Of a DNA stretch of 64,000 nt, positions 1 through 12,157 are shown in pieces. Each line of letters opens with the position of its first letter. Positions within the stretch are counted from its first letter, which is position 1. The stretch covers positions 75,470,866-75,534,865 of the forward strand of contig NC_057719.1 in the NCBI RefSeq assembly GCF_004010195.1. Direction: 5' to 3'. The stretch is from Chiloscyllium plagiosum (taxonomy: Eukaryota). The notes under the pieces were generated by a model, which saw only the letters and a program-made list of their open reading frames with translations, did not search any database and was not told the DNA's origin. Both the position numbers and the translations under genes were made by a program.

Positions 1-3000
1 CACAATCTGAACCAGGATTACAGATTCAGGGTATTCACAATCTGAACCTGGATTACAGACTCTGGGTATACCCATTCTGATCCGGGATTGCAGATTCTTG
101 GTATATAAATTCTGAACCAGGAATACAGGTTCTGAGGATGCACATTCTGAACCAGGATTTGATTCTGGGTATTCACATTCTGAATCTGGATTTAGGGTTC
201 TGGGTATATCCATTCTGAACTGGGATTGCAAATTCTGGGTGTACACACTCTGAACCAAGATTACAGGTTCTGGGTATACATATTCTGTACCTGGACTATA
301 GATTCTGGGTATTCACAAACTGAACCAGGATTACATTCTGGGAAATGAACATTCTGAACCGGGATTACAGGTTCTTGGGAAACACATTCTGAACTGGGAC
401 TGCAGATTCTGGGCGCACACATTCTGAACCAGGATTACAGATTCTTGGTATTCACATTCTGAACCAGGATTAGACATTCCGGGTATACGCATCCTGAACT
501 GGGATTACAGGTTTTGGGTATACACAATCTGAACCAGGATTACAGATTCTGAGTGTACACATGCTGAACTGGGATACAGATGCTGGGTATACATATTCTG
601 AACCAGTTTTACAGATTCTTGGAATTAACATTCTGAACCTGGATTAAGGATTCTGGGTATTCACAATCTGTACGAGGATTACAGATTCTGGGTGTACACA
701 TTCTGATCCCGGATCACAGATTCTGGGTGTACAAATTCTGAACTGTAATTACAGATTCTGTGTATACCCATTCTGAACCAGGATTACAGATTCTGGGTGT
801 ACACATTCTGAACTGGGACTGCAGATTCTGGATGTACACATTCTGAACCAAGATTACAGAATCTGTGTATACACATTCTGAACCGGGATTACAATTTCTG
901 GGTATTAACATTCTGAACCGGGATTACAGATTCTTGTAAAACACATTCTGAACCGGGATTACAGGTTTTGGGTGTTCACATTCTGATTCAGGATTACAGA
1001 TTCTGTGTATATTCATTCTGAACAAGGATTACAGATTCTGGGTGTACACATTCTGAATTGGGACTGCAGATTCTGTGTGTACACATTCTGAACCAGGATT
1101 ACAGATTCTGGGTATACACAATTTGAAGTGGGATTCCAGATTCTGGGTATACACATTCTGAACCAGGATTACAGATTCTGGGTATACAAATTCTGAACCG
1201 GGATTACAGATTCTGGGTGTACAGATTCTGAACCAGGGTTACAGTTTCTGGGTGTATATATTCTGAACTGGGATTACAGATTTTGGGTGTACATATTCTG
1301 AACCAAGATTACAGGTTCTGGGTATACACATTCTGAAACTGGATTACCGATTCGGGGAATTCAAAATCTGAACCAGAATTAAAGATTCTGGATATGAACA
1401 TTCTAGACGGGATTAGAGATTCTTGGGAAACACATTCTGAATCAGGATTACAGATTCTGGGTGTTCATGTTCAATATCAGTATTACAGATTCTGTGTATA
1501 TACATTCTGTATGGGGATAACAGGTTCTGGGTGGACACATTCTGAACCGGGACTGCAGATTCGGCACATTCTGAACCGGGATTACAGATTTTGGGTGTAC
1601 ACATTCTGAACCAGGATTACAGATTCTGGTTGTTCACATTCTGAACCAGTATTAGATATTCTGGGTATTCACATTCTGAACCAGATTACAGGTTTTGGGT
1701 ATACACATGCTGAACTGGGATTACATGTTCTGGGTATGCGAATTCTCTATCGGGATGACAGATTCTGGGTATACACAGTCTGAACAGGATTACAGATTCT
1801 TGTTCTACACATTCTGAACCAGGGTTACAGATTCTGGGTATACACATGCTGAACTGGGATTACAGACGCTGGGTATGCACATTCTGAACCAGTTTTACAG
1901 ATTCTTGGTATTCACATTCTGAACCTGGATTAAGGATTCTGGGTATTCACAATCTGTACCAGAATTACAGATTCTGGGTGTACACATTCTGAACCAGGAT
2001 TACAAGTTTTGGGTGTACACACTCAAAATCAAGATTACCGGTTCAGCGTATACACATTCTGAACTGGGATTACAGATTTTGGGTGTACACATTCTACACT
2101 GAGGTTACAGGTTCTGGGTATACACATTCTGAACCTGGATTAAAGATTGTGGGTATTCAAAATTTTAACCAGGGTTACAGATCCTTCGTATACACATTCT
2201 GAATCAGCCTTACAGGTTCTGGGGATTCACATTCTAAACTGGGATAACAAATTCTCGGTATACACATTCTGAACCGGGATTAGACATTCTGGGTATACAA
2301 ATTCTGAACTGGGATTACAGGTTCTGGGTATACACATTCTGAACCGGGATGACAGATTCTGGGTATACACATGCTGAACCGGGATATCAGATTCTGCATA
2401 TACACATTCTGAACCAGGATTACAGATGCTAGGAATACACATTCTGAACTGGGATTACAGATTCTGGGCGTACACATTCTGATCCAGGATTACAGATTCT
2501 GGGTATACACATTCGGAACCTGGATTACAGATTTTGGGGAGTCACATTCTGAACTGGGATTGCAGATTCTGGGTGTTCACATTCTGAACCAGGATTACAG
2601 GTTTTAGGTGTACACATTGTGAACCAGGATGACAGATTCTGTGTATCAACATTCTGATCCAGGATTACAGATTCTGGGCATGAACATTCTGAACCGGGAC
2701 TGCAGATTCTGGGCATTCAGAATTACAGATCCTGGGTATACACATTCTGAGCCACTATAACAGATTCTGGGTCGTCACAATCTGAACCGGGATTGCAGAT
2801 TCTGGGTGTGCATATTCTGAACCAGGATTACAGATTTTGTGTTGACACATTCTGAAACAGCATTACATATTCTGGATATTCACAATCTGAACCTGGATTA
2901 CTGATTCGGGTTAATTTCATTCTGAGCTAGGATTACAGGTTTGTGGCATACACATTCTGAAACAGGATTACATATTCTGGGTGCACACATTCTGAACCAG

Positions 3001-3832
3001 GATTGCCGATTCTGGGTATACACATTCTGAACCAGGATTTCAGATTCTAGGTATCCACATTATCAACCGTGTTTGCAGATTCTGGGTATTCACATGCTGA
3101 CCGGGGATTACAGATTCTGCGTATATGCATTCTGAACCGGGATTACAATCTCTGGGTATACACATTCTGAATGGGGTTTGCAAATTCTTGGCATTCACAT
3201 TCTGAGACAGGATTATCGATTCTGCGTATACACATTCTGAACTGGGATTGCCGATTCTGGGTGCACACATTTTGATCCAGATTTACAGATTTTGGATGTA
3301 CACATTCTGAACCAGGATTTCAGATTCTAGGTATCCACATTCTCAACCAGGTTTGCAGATTGTGGGTATTCACATGCAGTCCGATGATTACAGATTCTGG
3401 GTATACACATTCTGAACCAGGATTACAGTCTCTGGGTATACACGCTCTGAATTCAGCTTGCAAATTCTGGGTATTCACATTCTGAGACAGGATTACCGAT
3501 TCTGGGTATACACATTCTGAACTTGGATTATGCATTTGGGGTACACTGTTTCTGAACCAGGGTTACAGATTCTGTGTATACAGATTCTGAACCTGGATTA
3601 CAGATTTGGGGTACACAGTTTCTGAACCAGGGTTACAGATTCTGTGTATACAGATTCTGAACCAGGATTACAGGTTCTGGGTATACACACTCTGAACCGG
3701 GATTATAGTTTTCGGGTATACACAGTTTGAACCTGGATTGCAGATTCTGGGTGATCACATTCTGAACTGGGATTACAGATTTGGGGTTTACACATTTTAA
3801 ACCGTGATTACAGGTTCTGGGCACATTCTGAA
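1..3832. repeat. 35-bp tandem satellite, consensus ~CACATTCTGAACCAGGATTACAGATTCTGGGTATA, ~109 degenerate copies, runs off the left edge
   Basis: Unit starts at 1 and 36 and recurs continuously to ~3832; each unit holds two ATTCTG sub-repeats (20+15 bp). The short Cys/Pro-rich ORFs here are translations of the repeat. Confidence 0.97.
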
Positions 3833-3899
3833 CCTGTGTTAATGTGGTATTGGGATTCCTGATCCATAAACCGAGGGTATGTGAAGGAAACAACGATGA

Positions 3900-4570
3900 C
3901 TTAGTGAATGAGGCCATCATCCTGACAGTCGTTCATTTCTCTTGGCCATTTCGCTTCGGTCTTATTTTGTTGTTGCCCGTTGTGTTGGAGGCATCGTCTG
4001 TGGTAGCTTTTTGTACGTCGAAAGGTGCTGGAAGCTGGTCAGAAGACTGCAGAAGAGCGGGCAGACCTGACAGGAATGTGCTATTCGCTGTGGCACGGCT
4101 CTTGTGTTGCCCGGGTGAGAGGAAGCGTGTGTTATCACATCAGCGCACTTGCGTCGGGCTGGATGGTGGAGTAGGAGGCTTCCACAGCGTTCATTTCACG
4201 TTTGAAGCGTTTCGGTGCGCTTCGTCTTACGGAAGTGTCACCGAGGCAGTTGCTTTCGCCTGTGCACTTGCCCAACTCCAGTTCGGGCGGCTCTGAGGTG
4301 CCTTTTAGTCCAAGGGACTCGCGGTGGGCCCCTGCATTTCAGGCAGCGCGCCCATCCATCTCCATCACTCCGTGTGTTGGTGGTGGGGGGGGGGGGGGGA
4401 GAGGAGAGGCAGCGGCGTGGAGGATGGGGACCGCTGCCGGTGCCCAGACGGCACATTCGCCCAGGGGTGGAATGTAGCTTCCCACTCCCATCAGGAAAAC
4501 CTGCAAGTCTGGAGGTAAGCGTTCGAGCGGGAGGCTGCACAAACGCCAGCGTTTTATGTAACCGAGATCA
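3900..4570 (+). promoter_or_regulatory. CpG-rich putative promoter / candidate non-coding first exon of SLC8A3
   Basis: Many CpGs compared with the CpG-poor intron, ETS-like CGGAAGTG at ~4230, long G run at ~4385-4399, strong donor GAG|GTAAGC at 4514/4515; lies 4-5 kb upstream of the coding exon. Confidence 0.45.
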
Positions 4571-4959
4571 TAAGTCGATACATTTGTCGCTGTGTTCCAG
4601 CAGACCTGGCCATGCTCAGGATTCACAGCAGCAGCCAGCAGTGCACAGCTGGAAATTCGGGGGGAATCATGGCCAGGGGAATGCACTGATGAAGGAGCCC
4701 CTTCCAACGTCGAGAGATACCAGGACAGGCTATGGCCCCTTGCTGAGCATATGCCTGATCTAAGATGTCCCAGTGAGAATCAGGTCTCACTCCGTGGGAT
4801 GCTAGCCGTCTGACAAAGGTGCAGTCCGGTCTGGCAGTGCCCTGTGTTTGAATGAAATATGGGGGGCGATAGGTGTTTGGCTGTGATATACTTGCTGTAT
4901 TGGATTGATAGAGGCTGAAACAGGGCAGCTTTGGTTTGGTTTAGGATATCAGATTTAAT

Positions 4960-5360
4960 GATCATTAACCTCCCCCGCTACACACACACACCCATCCTCT
5001 CTCTCTCTGCTGGCTCCGAGTAGCGTCAGGTTGTAGGGAAGTCCCTCTCTGGGGTTAGGAGAGGTTTTTTTTTCTCACACACACAGGCTGTCACCGCAGT
5101 GAGGTTGTATTCGGACAAGTCTTTTACCACCCACCAGGATCGACTCTCACCCTTGGTCCAGCAGGAGATGGAGCTGGCTGTCCAGCAGAGTCCCAGCAAC
5201 CACACAGCCCCATCGGGAGCTGCAGCGTGTTCTGGTTTTTAGTGAGTCAGGCAAGTAGGTCTCAAGCAGAGCATCTGGATAGTTAACTTAATACTAGAGA
5301 ATACAGTGTGGACTGTTAAAACAAATCCAGTCTGTGTGTGTGGATAAAGGAACCAACCAG
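4960..5360 (+). other. Candidate alternative 5'-UTR exon
   Basis: CA/CT-rich promoter-like start; CAG|GTAACA donor at 5360/5361; no transcript evidence. Confidence 0.3.
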
Positions 5361-6825
5361 GTAACATTTTGTTTTGCTGTAATACAGTATATATTTAATG
5401 TTATTTAAAGCCACGCTGTGGATTATATAACATGATCTGCACAACTCGCCGTTATTTTGCAAGAAGGGAAGCAGTAGACTCGCTTTAAGGGGAGCAGAGA
5501 GCTGGGCTTATCTGCTTACTTTGGGCAATCTCTTTCCTTATTAAAAACTGACAAAATAAACATTGCATTTCGAATTCTCCCATCCTCCACACGTGTTTTT
5601 TTTTCTCTCTCTCTCAAATATCCTCGATCGCTGTGCTTATTTTTTAATGGCTAGTCAGATCTCTTGGCTTTTCCGATTGGTTGCATTGTCGTCAACCTCC
5701 CCCCCCCCCCCAAACAGCAATTTGCAACAAATTCACTTTGACAATGAAATCACTGTGTAGCTGTCAGAATGTACGTCAATACTTTGCAACCTAGTTCTAT
5801 TCTGCAATGATGTTCCCAATGTATTTTTTTAAATTAATTTGAGTTGCAGTGTTTTGGGGGGTGGGAGGAGCTATGTGTGAATGAGCAGATAGTTAAGGCA
5901 AATCCAGATTGCATTTCAGGGTCTTCGGTGACAGCTGTCGTATTCATTCACTTCAGTTGAGCTCTTGTTTACCTCGGTCAAATTTAGCGACTGCGCCACC
6001 GCGCCTTCCCTAAATAGGACAAACACTCTCTCCTTTGGCTAGACGATGCTGGGGCGTTGTGGGGGTAGGGGGAAAGGGTCTAGGGGTGCTCTTATACTCC
6101 AGGCCCCTTTCATTATCACAACCGAGCATCTTGTATACCCCAGCCTGATAGCCAAGCGCCCCCTCCACACAGTGGCTCACTCAGTTATCATGCCTACGTG
6201 ACCGTCTCAATTGCCCACTGCCCCTTGTGTGTGTGTGTCTCTCTCTTGCTTTCAATCTGCGGGGCCTGGTGAAGTTCCCACATTGAGCTATTCTCTGCAC
6301 ATTTTAATTTGCTCTGCTCTTTCAGTCACAGATTTGAACTGCTGGAGGTTTTAGTATGTTAATTTTTCAATTGATGGATTTTATGTGTTCATTGCCAACA
6401 GTTTATTGGGTTGGTTAATTTTGCTCAAGACGCCATTTAGCTTTGCTAAATCTGCAGGGTGGCTGCTGTTTGACCCTTTTTTTCCCTTGTAGGCCATTTC
6501 TACAGATTAAACAGCGATGCAGTGACGTTGTAAGGCAATGCTGTCTGCTGCTTGGGGAGGAGGGGGGGTTTCACATCACATTTGGGGATTGAACCCATGA
6601 GCTGATAGTGAGTGTTGATGCCTGCACCTCCTAATCACTATTGCACCATTTTAGATCGAGTTATTCTACTTAGTTACACAGAGTGCTGTAAATTTTAATG
6701 GAGCTACTCAGGCAGAACTATCCCACTCAACTGCAGTGTTTTGGCACTTGACAAGTAGCAGACAGTCTTTGGCATGCTTAGTCTCAACTACAGCATCTCC
6801 ATGATGTATTTGAAAATATATGTTA

Positions 6826-7090
6826 GAGTCATAGAGTTTCTAACAGCACAGAAGGACATTTCAGCCCATCATGTCCATCAAGCATTTACTTATTCTAATG
6901 CCATTTTCCAGCATTTGGCTCTTAGCCGATTGTGCTTCGAGTGCTCATCTAAGTACTACTTAACGGTTTTGAGGGTTCCTGCCTCTCCCACTCTTTTAGG
7001 CAGCGAATTCCAGACAGCCACCTTGTGAAATCAATTTTTGCTCAAATCCCCTCTAAACCTTTTGCTCCTTAACTTAAAACTGTGTCCCCC
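6826..7090 (-). mobile_element. CR1-like LINE 3' end, old fragment
   Basis: Begins with the GAGTCATAGAG tail (reverse of (CTCTATGA)n) followed by the CR1 3' UTR motif seen in other copies in the window. Confidence 0.65.
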
Positions 7091-7140
7091 ACCCTCTTGG
7101 ATGTGCTAGTTGTTACCTTGTCATTGGTAATGATGGTAAT

Positions 7141-7260
7141 TGATGAAGAGCTTATGCCCCAAACTCTCCTGCTCTTCGGATGCTGCCTGACTTGCTGTGC
7201 TTTTCCAACGCCACACCTTTCGACTCTGAACACCAGCATCTGCAGTCCTCACTTTCTCCT
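7141..7260 (+). mobile_element. Penelope-like element end (family A) with degenerate hammerhead core
   Basis: TGATGAAGAGCTTATGCCCCAAAC...CAGCATCTGCAGTCCTCACTTTCTCC is homologous to 37244-37370. Confidence 0.7.
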
Positions 7261-7872
7261 CCGTGATATTGATAAGGCAGGGATTTCTTGCCCATCTTCA
7301 CTTCCTCTTGAGAAGGTGAACTTCCTTGCACCGCTGCGGTCTGTATGATGATGGGATGCCCGTGCATCAGCTTTAAGAGAATTCCAAGGTTCTGATGCAG
7401 CAGCAGTGAAGGAACAGCAATGTATAGTTCAAGTCGGATGGCGTGCGACTTGCAGGGAGTTCACTATTCCCATGCATCACATGTCCTCCTTCTTGTTCAG
7501 GCAGACACACTTTGAAAGGGAAATTCTAGCTGCAGGCAGTGTGGAATTTGGCCTTTTTTAGGAGGATATTTGAACAATCTGTTAAAAATCGTCATTTGCA
7601 ATGCTGTGGACACGTCTTTGAGGGGCAGCTGTGTCCCAACTCCCTGCAGCCCTGTGCAAAATGTCCCTGTTTACATGGCAGGGCCTGAATTGATCAAGTG
7701 TAGCTGTTTCTGTGTACCAGTTGAAATGAAAGTGCACATTGTCCAGTGCAGTAGTCCTGCCTCATTTATAGCACATTGTTGCCACGGAAATCTGGCCTGT
7801 TACTGGCAGAAGCATTGTGACAATAAATGCAGCATTAGAGCATGAATATTTATTAACAGAGCTAGCACACTA

Positions 7873-8002
7873 GGAGAAAGTGAGGACTGCAGATGCTGGA
7901 GATCAGAGCTGAAGAGTGTGGTGCTGGAAAAAACACAGCCAGTCAGGCAGCATCCGAGGAGCAGGAGAGTCGATGTTTTGAACATAAGCTGTTCATCAGG
8001 AG
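7873..8002 (-). mobile_element. Penelope-like element end (family A), inverted relative to 7141-7260
   Basis: Reverse strand reads CTGATGAACAGCTTATGTTCAAAACATCGACTCTCC...CAGCATCTGCAGTCCTCACTTTCTCC. Confidence 0.7.
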
Positions 8003-8769
8003 CTAGTGCACTGCATGAACATATAAACTGCTTTGAATTTTGACAAACACTTCCCATGAAATCTTTTTTTCCGTTTCCACCCTGAGTAGTGATCAGTTAA
8101 GATTTCAACTGCATAAGGAAGTTGCAATGATCAGAATTTCCCTCATTAATAAACTCTGAATTATACCAACTGATAATCATCTCCTTGCAACCACTGGTTC
8201 AGAAATGCAGGATACATAACAAAAGAAAACACTAACTTGATTGGATAGTTGTGAATAAGGAAAGAATGTCTGAATTTGGCTCATATTTATTCTTTGTTTA
8301 GCTTCCCGGTCCAACTTTTGCTCTTTAGCTGAGATTACTGTGGCCATTTGCTCCCAGGTTCTGCTAATGTTAGATCTAAGGGTGACTTTTAAGCCCTGGA
8401 GGAGCCTGAGGTGACTTCATTTCTAACAGTAACCCTTTGTCATTGTCCTTGCCTGTGCAGAGATCCCTGACCTCTGTTTGGCTCAGTGGGTGAAACCACA
8501 TACTCTTGCTGTTAGAAACCCATTTCCCTCAGGTAGGACATGTGCCAAACTGTGCACAGCAGGAATAAGCATCTGTTTAGACAGCTCAGAAACCACACTG
8601 CACATTGTTTTTTGCATTTCCCTGTGAGCCTTTGCATGTTTTCTTAACTTTGTGATGGAGTGAAAGTTGACACATTGAGGGTTCCTTATTGGCGCATTGT
8701 CCAAAGAACACAGCTTAGCCATTTTGCTATTGCCAGACATTAATGCTTTCCTTTGCATATTTGTTTCAG

Positions 8770-8845
8770 ATTGTGCAGCGGAGCCACCTTTGGCTTGGAA
8801 GATCGACTTTGATTCACAGAGGGCGTTGGGAGTGAACCTGTTTGC
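8770..8845 (+). other. SLC8A3: 5'-UTR part of the giant first coding exon
   Basis: Pyrimidine-rich acceptor TTTGTTTCAG| ends at 8769; no ATG before 8846; matches the known SLC8 architecture of a short UTR in the big coding exon. Confidence 0.7.
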
Positions 8846-10611
8846 ATGGCGTGGTTTAGGTTGCAGACGTTCATGTCGTTTTGCCTGCATTTGGGCCTCT
8901 TGGCAGTCATACTGCTGATGCAGCCTCCTCGTGTAGACGCGGATGCACCCGGCCCAACAAGTTCCCCAAAGCAAAACAAATCCTGCGTGGGCAGCTATGA
9001 ATGCAAGCAAGGTGTCATATTGCCAATATGGTACCCAGAAGACCCGTCCCTGGGCGATAAGATTGCCCGGGTGATAGTTTATTTTGTGGCGCTGATCTAC
9101 ATGTTCTTGGGGGTCTCCATTATCGCCGATCGCTTTATGGCATCGATCGAAGTGATTACATCGCAGGAGAAGGAAATCACCATTAATAAGCCGAACGGAG
9201 AGACGTCCACCACCCTGGTTCGCATCTGGAACGACACCGTGTCCAACCTGACCCTCATGGCTCTGGGCTCGTCGGCTCCGGAAATCATGCTCTCCCTGAT
9301 CGAGGTGTGCGGCCACGGGTTTAAAGCGGGCGATCTGGGCCCCAGCACGATCGTGGGCAGCGCCGCCTTCAACATGTTCATCATCATCGCCATCTGTGTG
9401 TACGCTATTCCCGACGGCGAGAGCCGCAGGATCAAGCACCTGCGCGTGTTCTTCGTCACGGCGGCCTGGAGCATCTTCGCCTACATCTGGCTGTACATGA
9501 TCCTCGCCGTCATCTCGCCGGGCGTGGTGCAGGTCTGGGAGGGGCTGGTCACCTTCCTCTTCTTCCCGGTCTGCGTGCTGCTCGCGTGGACGGCAGACCG
9601 CCGCCTGCTCTTCTACAAGTACCTGCACAAGCGGTACCGCACCAGCAAGAGCAGGGGCCTGGTCATCGAGACCGAGGGGGAGCCGCCCAAAGGCATCGAG
9701 CTGGACGGCAAGCTGGTGAACTCGCACGTCCTCGACGGCGTGCTGGTGGGCCTGGAGGGGAAGGAGGTGGACGAGTCCCGCAAGGAGATGATCCGCATCC
9801 TCAAGGAGCTGAAGCAGAAGCACCCCGAGAAAGAGCTGGACCAGCTGGTGGAGATGGCCAACTACCACGCGCTGTCCCACCAGCAGAAGAGCCGGGCCTT
9901 CTACCGCATCCAGGCCACCCGCATGATGACCGGGGCGGGCAACATCCTCAAGAAGCACGCCGCCGAGCAGGCCAAGAGGAGCGCCAGCCTGCACGAAGTC
10001 AGGGCGGACACACCCGAAGACCTGTGCTCCCAGGTCTACTTCGAGCCGTGCGCCTACCAGTGCCTGGAGAACTGCGGGGCCGTCTCGCTGACCGTGGTGC
10101 GCAAAGGGGGCGACACCTCCAGGACCCTGGTGGTGGACTACAAGACGGAGGACGGCTCGGCCAACGCGGGCGCCGACTACGAGTTCAGCGAGGGCACGGT
10201 CGTCTTCAAGCCGGGCGAAACGCAGAAGGAGATCACCGTCGGCATCATCGACGACGACATCTTTGAGGAGGACGAGCACTTCTTCGTGCGCCTGAACAAC
10301 ATCAGAGTGCTGGAGCTGGAAGGTGCCCTGGAGCCGAATAACGTGCCCTACCCCAAAGCTTTAATCGTCTCCCCACTGATTGCAACGGTGACTATTTTAG
10401 ATGATGACCACGCTGGGATCTTCACCTTTGAGAGTGATGTGGTCCATGTGAGTGAGAGCATCGGTGTGATGGAGGTGAAAGTGCTAAGAACATCTGGGGC
10501 ACGCGGGACAGTCATTGTGCCCTTTAGAACAATAGAAGGGACGGCTAAAGGAGGCGGAGAAGACTTTGAGGACACTTATGGAGAACTGGAATTTAAAAAT
10601 GACGAGACTCT
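8846..10611 (+). CDS. SLC8A3: Sodium/calcium exchanger 3 (NCX3), giant first coding exon (588 codons + 2 nt): signal peptide, TM1-5, alpha-1 repeat, XIP, CBD1, start of CBD2; partial gene
   Basis: Translation has alpha-1 TVSNLTLMALGSSAPE...GPSTIVGSAAFNMF, XIP RRLLFYKYLHKRYR, and CBD1 IIDDDIFEEDE / TILDDDHAG. NCX3-type residues by recall: MAWxRLQ N-terminus, PIWYPE, KHAAEQAK, CLENCGAV, GELEFKNDET. Ends at the conserved phase-2 donor ACTCT|GTAAGT; the TAA at 10613-10615 is intronic. Confidence 0.93.
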
Positions 10612-12157
10612 GTAAGTAGTGTTCTTCTCTTTTCTCCTTGAATGTCTGTGTTGATGTGTAGTTGGAAAAGAAACTATTAAATATCTATTTTGTTCAGAGT
10701 GCAGATTTTATGGCTATGCTCGGTTAGGATAAAAGAACCAACCACTGCAACTTTGGGAAATGCTTTGCTTATAAGCCATGTTGTGATTTAGTATTGCCAC
10801 AAAAATGATAGCTTATATTTATACTCGAATCCGTTAACTTCATCCCTGGAGAGTTAGAAACGTCACAACACAATTGCCTGAATTTCAGCCCCATCTGAGG
10901 ATTCCTTAAAAGAAAGTACAAGATTTGCAAAATATTATTGTATATAATTGGGCATTAACTGGCTCAGACGTTGTTTCACAAGTGTTGGCTTGCTGAGTAT
11001 CAAAGATTGCAATGAAACCAAGGCCACTAGTTTAGGTACGATATTGCTTATATATTTGAATGTTGTTCAGCTGGTGGAATTCAGGACAACTTTTTCAACT
11101 AGATTGTGAGTCAGTCTGCAACCTCCCCTCTTTATATTTATGGCCATGAATACTACGTGTGGCCAAATCTCTCCCTAGGATCAAGTGCTGGAATCTGCTG
11201 ATGACTGAGTAGCAGCCTGATTGCTCTTTCAGGATGTGGATCAAATCTCTAGTAAATAATCACAATCACATTCCTGCTGTTGTTTGTGTGTGTGTGTTGT
11301 ATACAAGATCCTTCTGTATCAATAGATAAATCAGCATAATTCAATAGATTTAAAGACTTGAAGTTCAATGTAGTTGCAGTCATAACCACTTCATGTACAA
11401 CTATCTGTAATCTTTTATGCTTATTTAAAACTTCATTTGACTGAAGCAGTTACCATCTACAAAAAGAGGATCACCCCAGCATTAACTTGGTCAGTTTTTG
11501 GCAAATGTGCCCTTTGGGGAATGATTCCCATACTGGATACTTGGGCACTCAGAGTGCGATGGTTATTCTAGTCCAGCATTAATCACCTGCAGTAAGAGCC
11601 TGCAGTGACCAACAACCAGTTGTGCCTCAGCCTATTGTGTTCCCCTTGCTGCTGCTGTAATTACTTCAAGGTACTTGAAACTCTGTTTAAATTAGGCGAA
11701 GTTCAATCAGTTGTAACCAAGCAGGATGCACCTGCGTGGCTTAAATCCATAGCTGGTCTTCCGTACCAAAAGAAGATCAAAACAGGAAAGAAACCAATTC
11801 GAAAGAAAGACCAAAAGCATTAAATCAGGTGTTTGAAGGAAGGCCTATTTCAGGGCAATCCTTCTCTTGATGCTTGAGAATGTCCAGACCCAGTCATGAA
11901 CTAATTTCAATCGATCACGCTGCATGGCTGCGCTGATTCTTGGACGAGTTTATGTTCATGGGATAATGTTTTGGAAGTTTACGTGGAAACCTGTGCCAAC
12001 TTTGCATACAGTTGAGGAACATAAATTGGCCAAGTTAGCTATTCAATAAGATTATCACTGATCTGGTTTCCCTGTAGCCATGCAGCCCCTTGTTTACCTT
12101 AGCTTGCTCTGCCTTAAAAATATTCAAGCACTCCTCCTCTCTCACCTTTTCGAGGTC

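Noticed and set aside
1..3832. CRISPR-like or Cys-rich coding interpretation of the 35-bp array
   Set aside because: Head-to-tail units with no unique spacers; 35 is not a multiple of 3; eukaryotic context with no cas genes
3844..4763. Overlapping 90-180-aa ORFs upstream of NCX3
   Set aside because: GC-rich promoter-like DNA with several non-ATG starts and no recognisable protein similarity
8483..10279. 598-aa antisense ORF, plus the 226-aa alternative-frame ORF 9586-10266
   Set aside because: Shadow of the GC3-rich NCX3 codons, which suppress stops in other frames; no recognisable domain
10612..10615. Stop codon making NCX a complete 589-aa single-exon gene
   Set aside because: The TAA lies inside the GTAAGT donor at the conserved exon boundary; most of CBD2, alpha-2 and the C-terminal TMs are missing
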